DNA of 62,340 nucleotides, filler included, from Rhabdomonas costata (Eukaryota): NCBI GenBank assembly GCA_019059605.1. It is 31 parts of 31 records of this genome, joined end to end, with 100 filler letters (N's around TTAATTAATTAA, not from the genome) between each part and the next. Parts side by side here need not be neighbours in the genome. Positions count along the whole stretch, not along the records: positions 34,232 to 36,145 come from JAHMHO010007444.1; positions 36,246 to 38,159 come from JAHMHO010007445.1; positions 38,260 to 40,173 come from JAHMHO010007446.1; positions 40,274 to 42,194 come from JAHMHO010007447.1; positions 42,295 to 44,208 come from JAHMHO010007448.1; positions 44,309 to 46,241 come from JAHMHO010007449.1; positions 46,342 to 48,254 come from JAHMHO010007450.1; positions 48,355 to 50,262 come from JAHMHO010007451.1; 23 more parts are not named here. One strand, 5' to 3'. Shown piece by piece: positions 35,500 to 48,498 of this stretch (position 1 is its first letter; each line of letters starts with the position of its first letter). The notes under the pieces were generated by a model. It saw only the letters and a program-made list of their open reading frames with translations, ran no database searches and was not told where the DNA came from. The position numbers and the translations under genes were made by a program.

Positions 35500-38400
35500 C
35501 TGTGTGTGTGTGCACATGTCGGATGTGCGGATGGGCAGCTTGAGAAGGAACAACACACACTCATACACATACACAAAAAACAGCGCCCCATCCACATTAC
35601 GCCACGGACTGGCCCAAACCTCACCGCACAAAATACCCTAAAAATGCAATATTTCTGAACTGAAGCGAACGTTTAGGACAGCAGCAATACAAGGGAGGAA
35701 AAGGCAAAGGGTGCAGTTAATCGTAATCAGGACTTTTTTGTAACCACCATGCTGCAATTTGGTTAAATTGTTAAATTGTTCAGTAAAGAAAAGGCCCTAT
35801 AAAGCCTTTTCGTACCTCGGCAGGTCATATGGTTTGCTTGGAATTGCTTGCAAAAAGAATCGCCCAGCCGAAAAGAGGAACCGTCCGGGTCTATTTTTGT
35901 CAGTACCCCACTAAGCCTTCCAAAAGTTGGTCCAGATAATGCCGCAACGGCACACTTTCGCATTTTCAGCTTCACTATTCTCGAACCGCTAGGAAGTGAG
36001 GAACGAAGGTGGTGATGCATTGAGTTTGCCCGGGACATTGTGCTTTTCATGCCGAAAACTGGGAAAGAGGGAAGGAGGAACACACAACATGCGCGGAAAA
36101 TCACAACCGCGGCAGAAAAACATTGCGATAAAAGAACACAAAACANNNNNNNNNNNNNNNNNNNNNNNNNNNNNNNNNNNNNNNNNNNNTTAATTAATTA
36201 ANNNNNNNNNNNNNNNNNNNNNNNNNNNNNNNNNNNNNNNNNNNNGGGGGTTTGTGGGGATCTTTACTAACACCAACACGCGTCAAGACAACTCCATGGG
36301 CAGGTCCTTCTAGGCCATCACACAGAGAAGCTGCAATCGTCAGGCACGAAAGTCATGTGTACAAAGCGAGCTGATCCAAATGGCGGATGGGAGAAAACTG
36401 CGGGGCATTCATAGTGATTAAAGGTGACACGATACCAAGAAAGCGCTTCCTCTTAAAAAGCAAACTCGGAAGACACGATTTCTATGTGGGGCCAATGTCC
36501 AGCACATAATTTTTTTTTCGGTTTTTTCGGTTTGAGTTGGTCGGAGCCCATTTCTGGGACATCCAAGTTCCGACGCAGAAAGCCAAGGAAACATTACAAT
36601 AAATGTTTGCTTTTTGCTTTTTCTTCGAGGGCAAAAAAGGGATCAAGAAGCCCTGCTCTGCTTAATGCTCTGTTCTTTCCCAGCGAGATAAAGCAACCCC
36701 GCACGGCAGTGGTGTAGCAGTTCTATGCATAAAGGAACAGCAAAGTTCAGTGATAGTGGTACTGGTGGTGGTTAAGAAGCAAAGACGAGGGAGAGGGAGA
36801 GAGAGAGAGCGCTGAAGGGGCACATCTCATCCTAAAAAAAGGGGAGCGATTTCGTCCGCCGCCCTTTTCTGCGGAAAGCTGGAAATACACTCACCAAAAG
36901 AAAAACGTACTAATGGACAGCCAAGAAAAACAGGTGGAAGCAACCAAGAGACCGTGATCAAAGTATTGACAGGGCAACGAAAAAGAAAAAGGAGGCTCGA
37001 GAATTTGGAGAAAAAAGGAAGTTGGCAATCCGGCGGAGGGGAGGAGGTCTCAGCAGCCTCGCTGTTGCATGATGACAAAACCATTCTGACAGCTTCGCGT
37101 TTACAATAACGAAAGTGCAATTTTCGGGGTTACAACTCGCATTCTTCGGGGGCTCACCAAGATTTGGCCACAAGTCCAGTGAGCCTAGATGCGGGAAGAG
37201 GAACGTCGATGCGATATTGTTCTTGATATTATTTTGGACTTCATTTCCACTCAAACAAAAAGTAAACATGTATTTATTCTTTACCGCACCGTGCACTCTT
37301 GATTTTTGTATTTTGTCAGAATATCTGGAGATGATTTGCAATGGAAAGAGTCGGTTAGGCTATTTGATAGGGCTAAAAGCGCGGTTTAGGGGAGACGCAT
37401 ATACTCCAATAATGACAATGAATGATAAAGAATGATAATAGGTTATTCATCATTGGCTTTTTGAAAAAGCTGCTGGACCTGAGGGTGAGAGTGACACTAA
37501 AGCCAAAATCAAGTGACGCAACACTTTTCAGCGTGTATGTGTGTGTTTTCGGACAGAAGAGAGAAGGAGAAGCCCCTACTCATCCCCCAAAGTTCCGCTC
37601 GCTTAAGCCGCGGGCCTACACCCGCTGCCTTTTGCCCTTCCCGTCGAGCAGCTGCCCACAGAACTGCAGCAGCTCATTGACTTCCTGTGAGTGTGATTGC
37701 AACGCAGAATTTCTGAGCACATCGTATCCCATGGAGAAATGGTGCTAACCCGCTCGCCCACAAAAGGGACATGCATCGCCATCTTCGATCTTCGGCAAAA
37801 AAAACGAAATGAGCCCGTACTGCTTGTACCCACCATGTGGGACAAATAGGAACTTACCGTAACCAACCCATCGGACCGTATCCAGTCTCCGAGAATGAGA
37901 GCGAAAAAAGCACTGTGCTGAAAGGGTGCTTCACTGCACAAAAACGAAGACCTCAAGGGCATATGCGACAGCGGAGAAGCAGCCACAAAAACTAAGAGAA
38001 ACGAGCACAGGCCTGGGTCTTCTGCTGGGTAATCATCGAAACTGCGTCGATCAGGGCCTCAATGGGCTGGGACTCCATATCGGGCCGCGCAGAGCCGCAC
38101 GCCAGCTCCAACGTGCGGTGCAGCCGAAGCTGTGGAAAATGTGACTTGCACACAACCCCNNNNNNNNNNNNNNNNNNNNNNNNNNNNNNNNNNNNNNNNN
38201 NNNTTAATTAATTAANNNNNNNNNNNNNNNNNNNNNNNNNNNNNNNNNNNNNNNNNNNNGGGGTGGGGGGCCATAGAAAAATGCAAGGTTGATACCTTTG
38301 CGGTTGCAGTTTGCGGCAAATAAGGAAAACATAGACAGCACACCTTTCCAACACTTCTTGTGGTTCCATCCTTGTGCCCGTTGTGCGCAACGCAAACAAC

Positions 38401-39797
38401 AACACGCTGGAAACCACCAGTGGAACATGTTACTTGTTGCGGCACGACTCTGCTTTGCACATCAATCAGAGGAAAAGACGAGTAAGTGTGGAGAAGCCAG
38501 GAATTAACAGCTCGAGAAGAGGAAGAAAGGGTCATGTACTTGGAGACGAGAAATAGGAAGTGTCAGAAAAGTCCACAGCTTGTGTAAAAGAAATGTGTGG
38601 TACAAAAAAAAAGCGAATAAGGACACCAAAATACTCACCAACGCCCTGTATGAGCGGGTGCATACTAAGTTAGCTCATCATGAGTAAGCGCATGACTAAT
38701 GAACTATCTTGACCACAAACGAAACGCAGGATACCAAGTGACCAGTCCACGCTCCAGACTTTAGGGATATAAAAGAAGAGTTGCATTGGAAAGCAAACAC
38801 TCCATTCTGACTCATCACCAAAAGTGTGTGAAATTGCACTGTTGGCTTGGAATTGGTTAGGGTTGAAGAAAATTATCTCCCATGTTTTTTTTCTGAACGG
38901 GAGTGTGAGGATGGATGTTTGAAACTCGTGGCGGACGCTGAATTGCGTTTTGAGGATTAAAAACTTCCCAGCCCGAAGAAAAGTATGTCGAACCTTGAAC
39001 GTCCGCCTGGGCTGTTGGGGGCACCTCATACCTTAAAAAGGCAAGTCACATATTCCTAATTATACCGCCAATTCTCACCAAAAAAATACTCCAGTAATAA
39101 TCAGCAAAAGGACACATCGATGCGCAATAAACCACGTTTGCGGAAGCTTCTATGGGAACTGGAGGTAAGCATTTTGGTTCCTTCAATTGGAAAATCTCGT
39201 GCTGGTACGCCATGTTCTACATTCCAATGAAACGTAATCAACGCATCGTTACACAGTTTTGATGTGGAAGTGTGGAAAATGGCCAGCATTTCTATCGGCT
39301 AAAAGGACGTTGGGTGGACATGTGGGTAAAGAATGTGTTGTTAAAAGGAATCAGGGCAAACCTTTGCCTGTGGGTTGGCAATTTTAGGACAAGGCTTAGG
39401 ACGAGGCGGCGGCTACCCAGGGACCCAGAAAACGACCCCTGTCCATTGCGCTTTCGACGGGGCTTTTCCTCGGTCTTAAAACGTTTTCGAGAAGAAGGAT
39501 GCCAGCTGTGGCAATGGGTACCCCGATGGCCGATGGACGCGACCCGTTCGAAAGGCCATTAGTATTTTACGGTATCCTCTGGTGCGAGATTCCGATTCTT
39601 GACCTGCGGCCGTATGAAAGGGACGCTGTGACGGTTTAGGACCTCGGCTGGTGAACGACACGCCGCCTCAGAGGACTTGGTGGAAGGGTTACGCGAAGAA
39701 ATATGGCCAATCAAAATATATAATTTGGTTTCATGACAAAATCAACACACTCACACCTATTTAGAACGCACAAAAGTAAAGAGAGAACCCACTTTTC

Positions 39798-39960
39798 TTG
39801 GGTCTTTGCCACCTGGTTCCCATTCTCTTTAGCCCATTCGGGCCCGGAAGGGCCCTAGAAAAGACAAAGTCAAACCAAAAGTGTGCACAGCGTGCCAAAA
39901 GCACAGCCAAGGATCAAAAACGAGCCGGTTTGGCATTGGAATTACCGCACGCCGGACCAC
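39798..39960 (+). repeat. Dispersed repeat family A, copy 2
   Basis: Colinear similarity to 31921-32110. Confidence 0.8.
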
Positions 39961-41016
39961 ATACACCGGTGTGCCGGAGTCCTTTGCCCCAAGGGGCTCA
40001 ACATTCCATACCTAGGACGCCTTGTGTCCGACTGGCTTGTTGCTGTCCTTCTTCTTGTTTGCATTTTGCTTCTTGGCGGCCGCAGGTAATGAAGAGCGGC
40101 TTCATTCCATTGGCGAAGCTACGGGGTATTTTATCACTATCCCTTGTTGATGATTGGATAGTGACAAAACCCCNNNNNNNNNNNNNNNNNNNNNNNNNNN
40201 NNNNNNNNNNNNNNNNNTTAATTAATTAANNNNNNNNNNNNNNNNNNNNNNNNNNNNNNNNNNNNNNNNNNNNTTTTGCGTGCCCTACAAAAATGAGTCA
40301 CCGTGCATTGAAGGGAAATATAATCAGCCGATGGTAATGCGAACGGTTAGTGCCGTCTGCTTCTGACACTCCACAATTGAAACCCCGAAATCTCAGCCTT
40401 TCACAATGGGATTCCTTACGGAACAGATGCGCAGTGGACGAAGAGACGAGCGGTGTAATTTTGACTTACCTGATGGTGCTCTATCATCAATGGATTTTGG
40501 ATGTCGAATGGAGTGGAGACACACACCAGGGAATGGCTAAGAATAGGTCTCAGCTGTGATAAATGGAGCTCATTCTGAAGTTTCGTAGGCTCCTCGAAGA
40601 GTTGCTCACACCCAAGCTTAGCTTGCTACGCCCCTTCCACCGCTTTCCACCACCGCTTGCTTATGCAGCAAGCCATCAGATACAATAATTTTTTATATGT
40701 TTTGAGGAGAGTGATGCTGAGTGCCTCCCTAGGAAGCTTTGGGCACAGATCCATTTCTGGGCAGAGAAAACAGTGTGCCTCACAACACGCATTTTCTGAA
40801 CTGTGCCGTGGAAGAGTCCCATTGTGCTGTTCAGCATGCGTCTTTTCAGTTTTTGTGAACAACACTTCAGCGTACTAATCTGGCTAGTGGACTTACTTTT
40901 GCGTTACTGTGAAGCCGCCATGGCATTTCACTCTTCGTCGCACTTCGCACGGGTTGCTGATTTCTGACTTCCAGGCCTGGTGTTTTCTTTTTTGTGTGCT
41001 GCATTTTTCCCCATAG

Positions 41017-41118
41017 ATGCCAATGTCAACCAACCCAGAACGGACACCGGCGCCAGTCCTCTGTACATTGCGGTGCAGAATGGCCACGAGAAGCTCGCCG
41101 AGCTGCTCCTTCAGAACG
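41017..41118 (+). CDS. Single ankyrin-repeat exon
   Basis: 102-nt phase 1-1 AG/GT exon: ANVNQPRTDTGASPLYIAVQNGHEKLAELLLQNG. Confidence 0.9.
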
Positions 41119-42396
41119 GTATGCCGTGGTTGCTTTCTAGAAGGGGTTTGTTGCTGGCGTCCTATAACGGCTTGCCAAATATGCAAGGCAAGCATGAAGT
41201 CATCAACTGTTGGAGGCCACACCCATTTCAAGTGTCCGGTAAAATGGCAAATGATCCCAAGGAAGGGTATCATAGCGAGCTGACCCCCCCCCCTCCCCCC
41301 GCGTTTCCTGCGGTCTGCCTTTGGGCCTTGGGGCCGCTTGCCTGCTGTCGTGCTTGGCTTATCATTCGCTGTGCTTGTGTCTCTGCGAGGTGCTTATCAA
41401 GGTCCGCTGGTTTGGTCTGAAGCGGTGCGGCATCGTCTCGGGGGCAGTAAAGTGAACTGAGCACAGCAGTCTCCACCTCTGTGCACCGCCGAGTGGCCTC
41501 CGCACCCATTAACGAGGGGAGAACTTGATTTTTTCCCCCAAGTTAATGTGTGCTTTCTCTGAAAGGGTACCAAAAAGAAATGGTTCCTTTTCAGGCAAAT
41601 CCTGCGAAGTTTTGGTCCGACACGGCTCGGGAAGATTTCAGGACATATTTTGGTCGCCGCCCATTGCCCATTGTTTCTGAGGGACGACGGGGATCTGCAG
41701 AACTATTTCGACCACAGAGAATGCAGCAGCTGGGGGTTGGTCAGGCCTGTGAAACGTTCGCCTTCACGGCAGTGCTGAGAAACCGTGCGTTGAAGCTGAT
41801 GGAAATGCACAGAAAACACACAAGTTCGGAAACCCCGAAATCACCACCTTCCGCAGTGGGATTCCTCCATAGAACAGATGCACACGGAAAGAAGAGACGA
41901 CTGATATCAGCCTTAGTGGTGGCATTCCAAGGGATAAAGTGAAATGGCATCGCCCCTTCGGAGGTTACCCCTGAACAATGGAACAATTGGATTGGAACAA
42001 TTTGGAAGTAAAATGCAATGCATACAGTATTGGAGGTTTTAGGTTGACGTTATGTCTCAGGCTAAGGCTCAGTGGACGTTCGTAAACCTTCTGCTCTGTT
42101 AACGGATTGCGCTGCATCTTAGGTCCTCGGTTCACCACAAAGCGGAAGGTTTACGAACGTCCACTGAGCCTTAGCCTGAGACATAACACCAACCNNNNNN
42201 NNNNNNNNNNNNNNNNNNNNNNNNNNNNNNNNNNNNNNTTAATTAATTAANNNNNNNNNNNNNNNNNNNNNNNNNNNNNNNNNNNNNNNNNNNNTTTGTT
42301 GTGAAGTCCCATGTCCCCACTTACTTTCCTCGTTAGCATCAAAGCTACCGCTTCTGGCATAGTTTGATTTTTTTCTGCATGGTGGGGTGCGCGCAG

Positions 42397-44164
42397 CTCA
42401 CCCCACTTGTGGGCAAGCCCACTTTGCGTGTCCTTCCTCCTACACCGCAACGGGCGATACCAGGGTCTGCTCGTCGTGGAGCTGCAGTGTGGTTGACTGC
42501 TGCGAAGGTGTGTGTGTTTGTGAATGGATGACAAACCTTCCACACAATTCTGTGTGTGTGAAGGCAGCTGGCGTGATTTGTCTGGCCTCCCACACTAGTG
42601 GCCTTACGGGACCGCAGCTGACGCGGGTGCAAGTACATTTGGCGTTGCTTACTTGATTGCGAAATTCCATTGGCAAATGTATGTGGGAGGGGTATTGCAG
42701 ACTCCACTCCCATCGCGGATATCTTGGCCATTACGGGGGGTACGGTACTGGGAGTGGCCCTCTTGGCTCTGCTGGGCTATTGCTATTGGCGGTGCTGGAG
42801 GAGGAGGAACATCAGGCGGCGTGTGTGCAACAACAGTATGCTTTCCCTTTCTTTTTTTCTGAGAAGATTTCTGGTGAGCAGGGCCCTCCCAGCGCAGCGC
42901 CCAAGATCGTAAGATCGGCGGTGTCCCATTAGATGTTCGCATTGCCTCTCGACGACCGCTGCATATTCGGCGTGCTTGCAGCGGTCCGACCGGAATTTTG
43001 TGAGAGAATGGGTTTGGTGTGAAGCCCCCTACCCTCGCCCTGCTCAGTTCACTGAGCTTTTTATTAGGATGGAGCTCTGTTGGTGGCGAAGTTCAAGCTA
43101 TTCCTTCTCCGCGCTCAAACTTTCACGATCTGTTTTCCAGGCGGGTTTGGTGGCAGGGGTTTCCTGGGGCCCTCCCATTCTTAAACTCAAGCGGGGGAGT
43201 ACAGCCACTGGGCCGGTCTTGGTCGGTGGATGGTTGGATGGTTGGACAAACTTCTAGGGAGCTTTTTGTTGTATCCATTGTTTTCATTGGAAAGGGGATA
43301 GCCGTGAGAGGTGTTTGCACCTGCAGGGAAATGAAACCAATGAGGATACAGCGGTGGTGTTTTACGCTTGTCCGGATTTTGTCCCTGATCCCCTTTCGTG
43401 AAAGGGGATCCTTCGCGCACACGCATACCTCCTTGCCTCGATGATACTCCGCTGTCCAGCTCGGGTGTGGCGCGGTATTTGCTCTGGATCTACGCCGCGT
43501 GGCGCCTACTCTTTCACACACTTCCTGTTACCGGCCCTTCTTACTTTTATATTTTTGTTTTAGGCGGTGGAAACGCGAAACTTAGGGGCGTTGTTGTTGT
43601 CCGTGACGAGGCATGGGAGCGCACCTTTCAAACCCTGATTGACCAGCACTGCAGCGCGCCAGAGGAACCTGATGCTCTTCGAGAGGCTGCCCGGCATATC
43701 GTTAGTGCAGGTTGTGTCGACGGCGAAGAGTTTGCCGTGGAATCCATGGAATGGGCCCGGAAAAACTATCCCCGCAACGCTTTGGCCGTGGCGACATGCC
43801 GATGGTGGACCAAAGGAGGCGGGGACGCTGTGCGGAGGCCCCCCCACCAGGCGATCAACAGTGCCCTGCGCCGGCGGGAGGGGGAGGGGGTAGACACTGA
43901 TGTGGAGCGGGTGATGCCCGCGGTTTGCCTGCTGATGTGGGCTCTGAAAAGTCTGCCGTCCGGCCCAGATTTCCACTTCCAGGGCCACGCCTCCGGCACC
44001 CGTGTGCCCCCTGTGTTTCGGGTGGTGACTTGGCTGTTCCCGCGGCCCGAGGAGTATGCCCCTCAGGCCCACTTTCAAGAGGGCGCTGTCATCACAACCT
44101 ACGAGTTCTTGGCAGCCAGTCAGAGCCTGAGCATCTCTTACAACAAAAGCTTCACCCGGAAGCG
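42397..44164 (+). CDS. Single-pass receptor-like protein: six-Cys module, TM helix, cytoplasmic ADP-ribosyltransferase (ARTC/R-S-E clan)-like domain (partial)
   Basis: Exons 42397-42507, 42701-42820 (ILAITGGTVLGVALLALLGYCYW then RCWRRR), optional 42882-42971, 43564-44164; all joins phase 1. Last exon has WT...INSALR...LLMWALKSLP...VFRVV...FQEGAVITTYEFLAAS, the order of ART motifs. Confidence 0.78.
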
Positions 44165-44684
44165 GTGGGTAGGCCAGGAGCAACCCGTCGAGTGGCATGG
44201 TGTGCGGTNNNNNNNNNNNNNNNNNNNNNNNNNNNNNNNNNNNNNNNNNNNNTTAATTAATTAANNNNNNNNNNNNNNNNNNNNNNNNNNNNNNNNNNNN
44301 NNNNNNNNTGTTTGTGGTTGATATTCTCCACGTTGCAGGATATCAAACAGCACGGGAACTTCGTGTGCTCGGCACCACATGCTACCCTCCCTTACCTCAA
44401 AATTTTCCGGAAACAAAGAAACTCTGGAATACACTAAAGAGGACCCGATACAGATTCTACACATTCTACAGATTCTATTTGGATCAACCAAGAAATGTTT
44501 CAAGGAGGTTTATCCGGTGCGTTCTCTTTCAACTTTAACAGTAGGAATTCATGGATCAATACGTTGGATCCCAGCATTAATACTTTTACGGTCCGGTCCG
44601 GTCTCGCCTTGCTGGCTGTCCAGGAAGAGATTATATAGCAACCACCTATGAATGAGATGAGTGCGCGACGATGCAGAGATGCAC

Positions 44685-44929
44685 GTAGCCACGCAGACCG
44701 GAGTCAGTGGGGCCCTTGGCGGAAGTAGAGCCGTCCGAGCCCAGGCCGGTAAAGTCGGGCTTGTGGGACCCCGAGAAGGCCGCCGGGCTCGTCTTTTGTA
44801 GCGGGGAGGCCCGTGTCGAGCCCAGTGAGGACGACGACGACGACGAGGAGGTTGAAGAGGAAGATGATGAGGTGGTGGTGGAGCTACCGAGGGGCTTAGC
44901 AGGAGCAGACGCAGGCTCGGGTTCCTCCT
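44685..44929 (-). CDS. Probable Ser-rich low-complexity exon
   Basis: GC-rich open frame after an acceptor-like cccttacag. No family recognised; strand not certain. Confidence 0.35.
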
Positions 44930-45040
44930 CTGTAAGGGAGAGCGGCAATTAAGATTTGTAGCCCAGCCGGATTCCTGAGTATCTGAACGGCGTCAATTAC
45001 CGTTTACTTTTTCATTAATGACGCATTCTTTCCCAACGCA

Positions 45041-45094
<54 letters not shown>
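45041..45094. repeat. (TGT)18 microsatellite
   Basis: Seen directly. Confidence 0.95.
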
Positions 45095-48000
45095 GACCAA
45101 TTCCCTACAGGGGTTTCAGCTTTTGGTTGCTCGGAAACCCGTTCACCCAAAAGCAAACTCCCACCCACCGAAAATGTCGACGATCACGCTCCAATTATAA
45201 GCACCGTAATCGGGATCACAGTTGATGGTTGTGTTGATAATTGAATTCCGAGGCTTTCACACAACAATATCTATTTTTCAAACTTTGCGGTACATTTACC
45301 TATCTATCTACTTAACAACCACTTCAGGGCGGTATCCGAAACTCAAAAAAGGCCCTGTGTCCGCACCAAGTAACACCAGTTGAACTACAAACAAACACCG
45401 CCAGTACAGGGCGGAGCAGAGCAGTTGTGGAACTTCACCGAAATTGGCCTCGGAATCGGAAAACCGTGAAGCACGGGTGATAACTTGGCTGAGAGATTCA
45501 AGAGTTTATGAGAAAAAGGCGATATGCAAGTTTTCAAATTCCGTGGCGAAAATGGACCGTGACAAGCGTTTTGGCAACACGTTAAAGTTTCCAGGGTGGC
45601 GCCAACCTCAAAGTTCAAATTTAAAGCGGGGCTGTTCAATTCAATTTTCAACCGCGCCTCCTCTGGCTCGATTTGCAACAACCGCTTGTCTTGGTACTTT
45701 TCACCCTTTCAAGTTTTTGTGACTGTTAGACTGTTAGAGCCTGTGCAGAGTGAATTTGGAGTGAACGGCTTGCCGTCGTATCATTCCATCAAATAATAAC
45801 CCCACTTGAATTGAATTGAATTTCGTGCTTTCATTCCATTCTTTTGTGCCTCGCTTTGTTCGTTCTGTTCGCGTCTTTCATGCCTTTGGAACCATGCGGG
45901 CCTCTGCTGCTGAGTGACATAATATTTTGCTTTCAAAAAAAATTGAATTTGCGTTTGTGTTGAGTTAACTCCCTGCACATTTATTCTGTCACTCTGTCCT
46001 GGTCTCCTCTCTTCAGTGCTTTCGTGTTTCTCTTGTGACAAATTATCTATTCATCCCGTTTTTGCCCTGTACCCTCTCAGAATTCTCACTTTCTCCTTCC
46101 TTCTTCCATCCATATTATTTTCCGATGCGTTTTTTCTTGCAAGAACTTTTCCGCCGCGGTGCCGTGACTTTGTTATCTTAAAAGCTTTTAAGATAACAAA
46201 GTCACGGCACCGCGGCGGAAAAGTTCTTGCAACAAAAAACANNNNNNNNNNNNNNNNNNNNNNNNNNNNNNNNNNNNNNNNNNNNTTAATTAATTAANNN
46301 NNNNNNNNNNNNNNNNNNNNNNNNNNNNNNNNNNNNNNNNNGTGTTGGGTGTGTGTGGTGTTTTGGGTTCGGGGGAGCCAAAGCCAGTCCCGGGGCACGG
46401 CAGGATGCAACACGGCTGGGAGTGAATCCCCTCCCATCGCTTTTCAAAGCAAGTAAGAAGGAAGGGTGCTGCCAAATGAAAGGGAGGGCGAAAAACCCGA
46501 AAAAACCAATGTCAGATGCCTGCAAATCGATGCAAACTTCCTGGCGCAAATCATCGTTTGTATCATACCCGAAAAGTGCAGCGCCCTATGGGGGTCTCCG
46601 GAGCAAGTCCCAGGATCTTTTTTCTTGGTGAATTACGCCGGGCATACTTTATGAGTGCAACTGCAAAGAAAATCTTTTGTGAACTCACTCGGTTCGAACC
46701 ACAAGCAATGGGAAACGGGAAGCGGCGAACCACAATCATGAATTAATATGCGCATGAATGTTTCTCCCACGCCACAATCATGAATAATGTTTCTCCCGCA
46801 ACCCAGATTCGATGCCCAACAGCCAAGATGACGTGTAGAATCCGGCATCGGCGTCGGCCCTTTGGCGTTAACGAAGCCCAGCCCGACGTGTTCTGACACC
46901 ATGCAACCCGCGCCGTGAAGAAGATACGTCAATGGCCAATCAAAAGAACCAGTGAACTGTAAGTGTACATACATTCCACCACCGCTGTAACGGCACCCAG
47001 GTAACCAGCAGTCGACAGCGAATTTTCGGGCCATTCGGTCCCAGTGGGGTAGATGTCACGGTGCTTCACACCAGTGCCGAGTTACCGAGCGCAAGTGTTC
47101 AAGAAACTCTTCGCTGGGCTTCTCCAACTGCGGCACGAGGTGATGGTCGGACTCTCTGATAGGGCACACCGCACGCGCTACTAAATTACATTGCCAGCGA
47201 CACCACATGGTGAGCGTTTTCGCCACGACATATGACGGCATAAACTCGTCGAAAACCCAGCGGTATAGGCAAAAAAAGACGTCTCAGTTTTGGGGTCTAA
47301 CGTGCTGATATCAATCTTGGCCACACTGGGGAAACCCCGTGCACACAAAGAACACGCCAAAAAGAAGCAAAGCCACCTCCAGATAAAACGAGCTATTTCA
47401 TCACTTCATTTTTGCTTCCTAAGTCCTAAAATGCCTGATTTCAAGTGCATCTCTTTCACTCGTGACTTACTAAGGCGAAGCGGACATAAATTTGCTGGCT
47501 TGAGCCCATACAACTTGTCACTTACTAGCTTGGCTTACCAGTTTCACAACTAGTAAGCCATTTCCTGAGTACCCCACTTCATAATTTTCTTTTCACTCAT
47601 ATTTATATGTGTTTGTTGCTCTTTCGACTCAATCAAGCGCCCACGCGAGGCCAAACAAAAAACCAAAGGGGACGTCTCTGCAGTCAAAAAACTTGCACAT
47701 GGCACGAAAGCAAACTACTTACCATCTGCTGAGGTAAGATCATCCCGAAACTCAGAAGTATTAAACGAGTTTCCGATTGAAGTCCTGGAAAGGCTCCAAA
47801 ACAGGGCTTCCATACACACAAAAGTTGTGGTCCAGGCTGGAAAGGATGGGTTCTGGGACATGCCTCACTAAACTACTGCCGCGGTCCAACCACAATTCTT
47901 GCCTCTTCGTCCATACGCTTATAACCCACCAATAATCTTTTGCGGTATGATCACACAGGCATGGGCCCTGGTAGTTACGCACATTGCATTTTTCGCATCC

Positions 48001-48498
48001 CCTTCGCCTTTTCGTCATTGATTAGGGCCCCTGTGGCCGTTAAGGGCAAACTGGGGCCTTTTGCGGTTGCTGAACAACGCACAGTAACAGCATAGGTACA
48101 CGCCTCCCTTTTTACAATTTCCGAAATCAACCCTAGAGCTCATCGAAAGCTGAAAATCGAAAAAAAAATTTACTTTTAGAGAATTATAGGGACGCGAAAT
48201 GGCCGCGAGCCAGACCTCAGGAAGCCCACGAAGTACCGCTGCAGCCCAAAACAANNNNNNNNNNNNNNNNNNNNNNNNNNNNNNNNNNNNNNNNNNNNTT
48301 AATTAATTAANNNNNNNNNNNNNNNNNNNNNNNNNNNNNNNNNNNNNNNNNNNNTGATCTTTCATGCTGGAAGGGTCTCCAGATTTCAAATCTCCTGATT
48401 GTGACCCGCCAGTTTATAATGTAAGAACCAGGTTAATAATACGTTTTTGAAACACCTTGGCGTCGAAGCGCTAATTGCTGTTGCTGACACAGCTATCC

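Noticed and set aside
42049..42187. 43-bp perfect inverted repeat
   Set aside because: At the contig end, with imperfect pairing only next to the loop, as expected of self-priming.
12077..44164. Treating the ART receptors, cyclase, BLUF and channel as a gene cluster
   Set aside because: They lie on separate contigs ordered by length; adjacency carries no biological information.
46137..46232. Perfect 96-bp palindrome
   Set aside because: No loop, no mismatches, and located at the contig end; most likely a fold-back artefact.
46633..48018. Fragmented minus-strand ORFs as a decayed retroelement
   Set aside because: No diagnostic reverse transcriptase or endonuclease motif identified.
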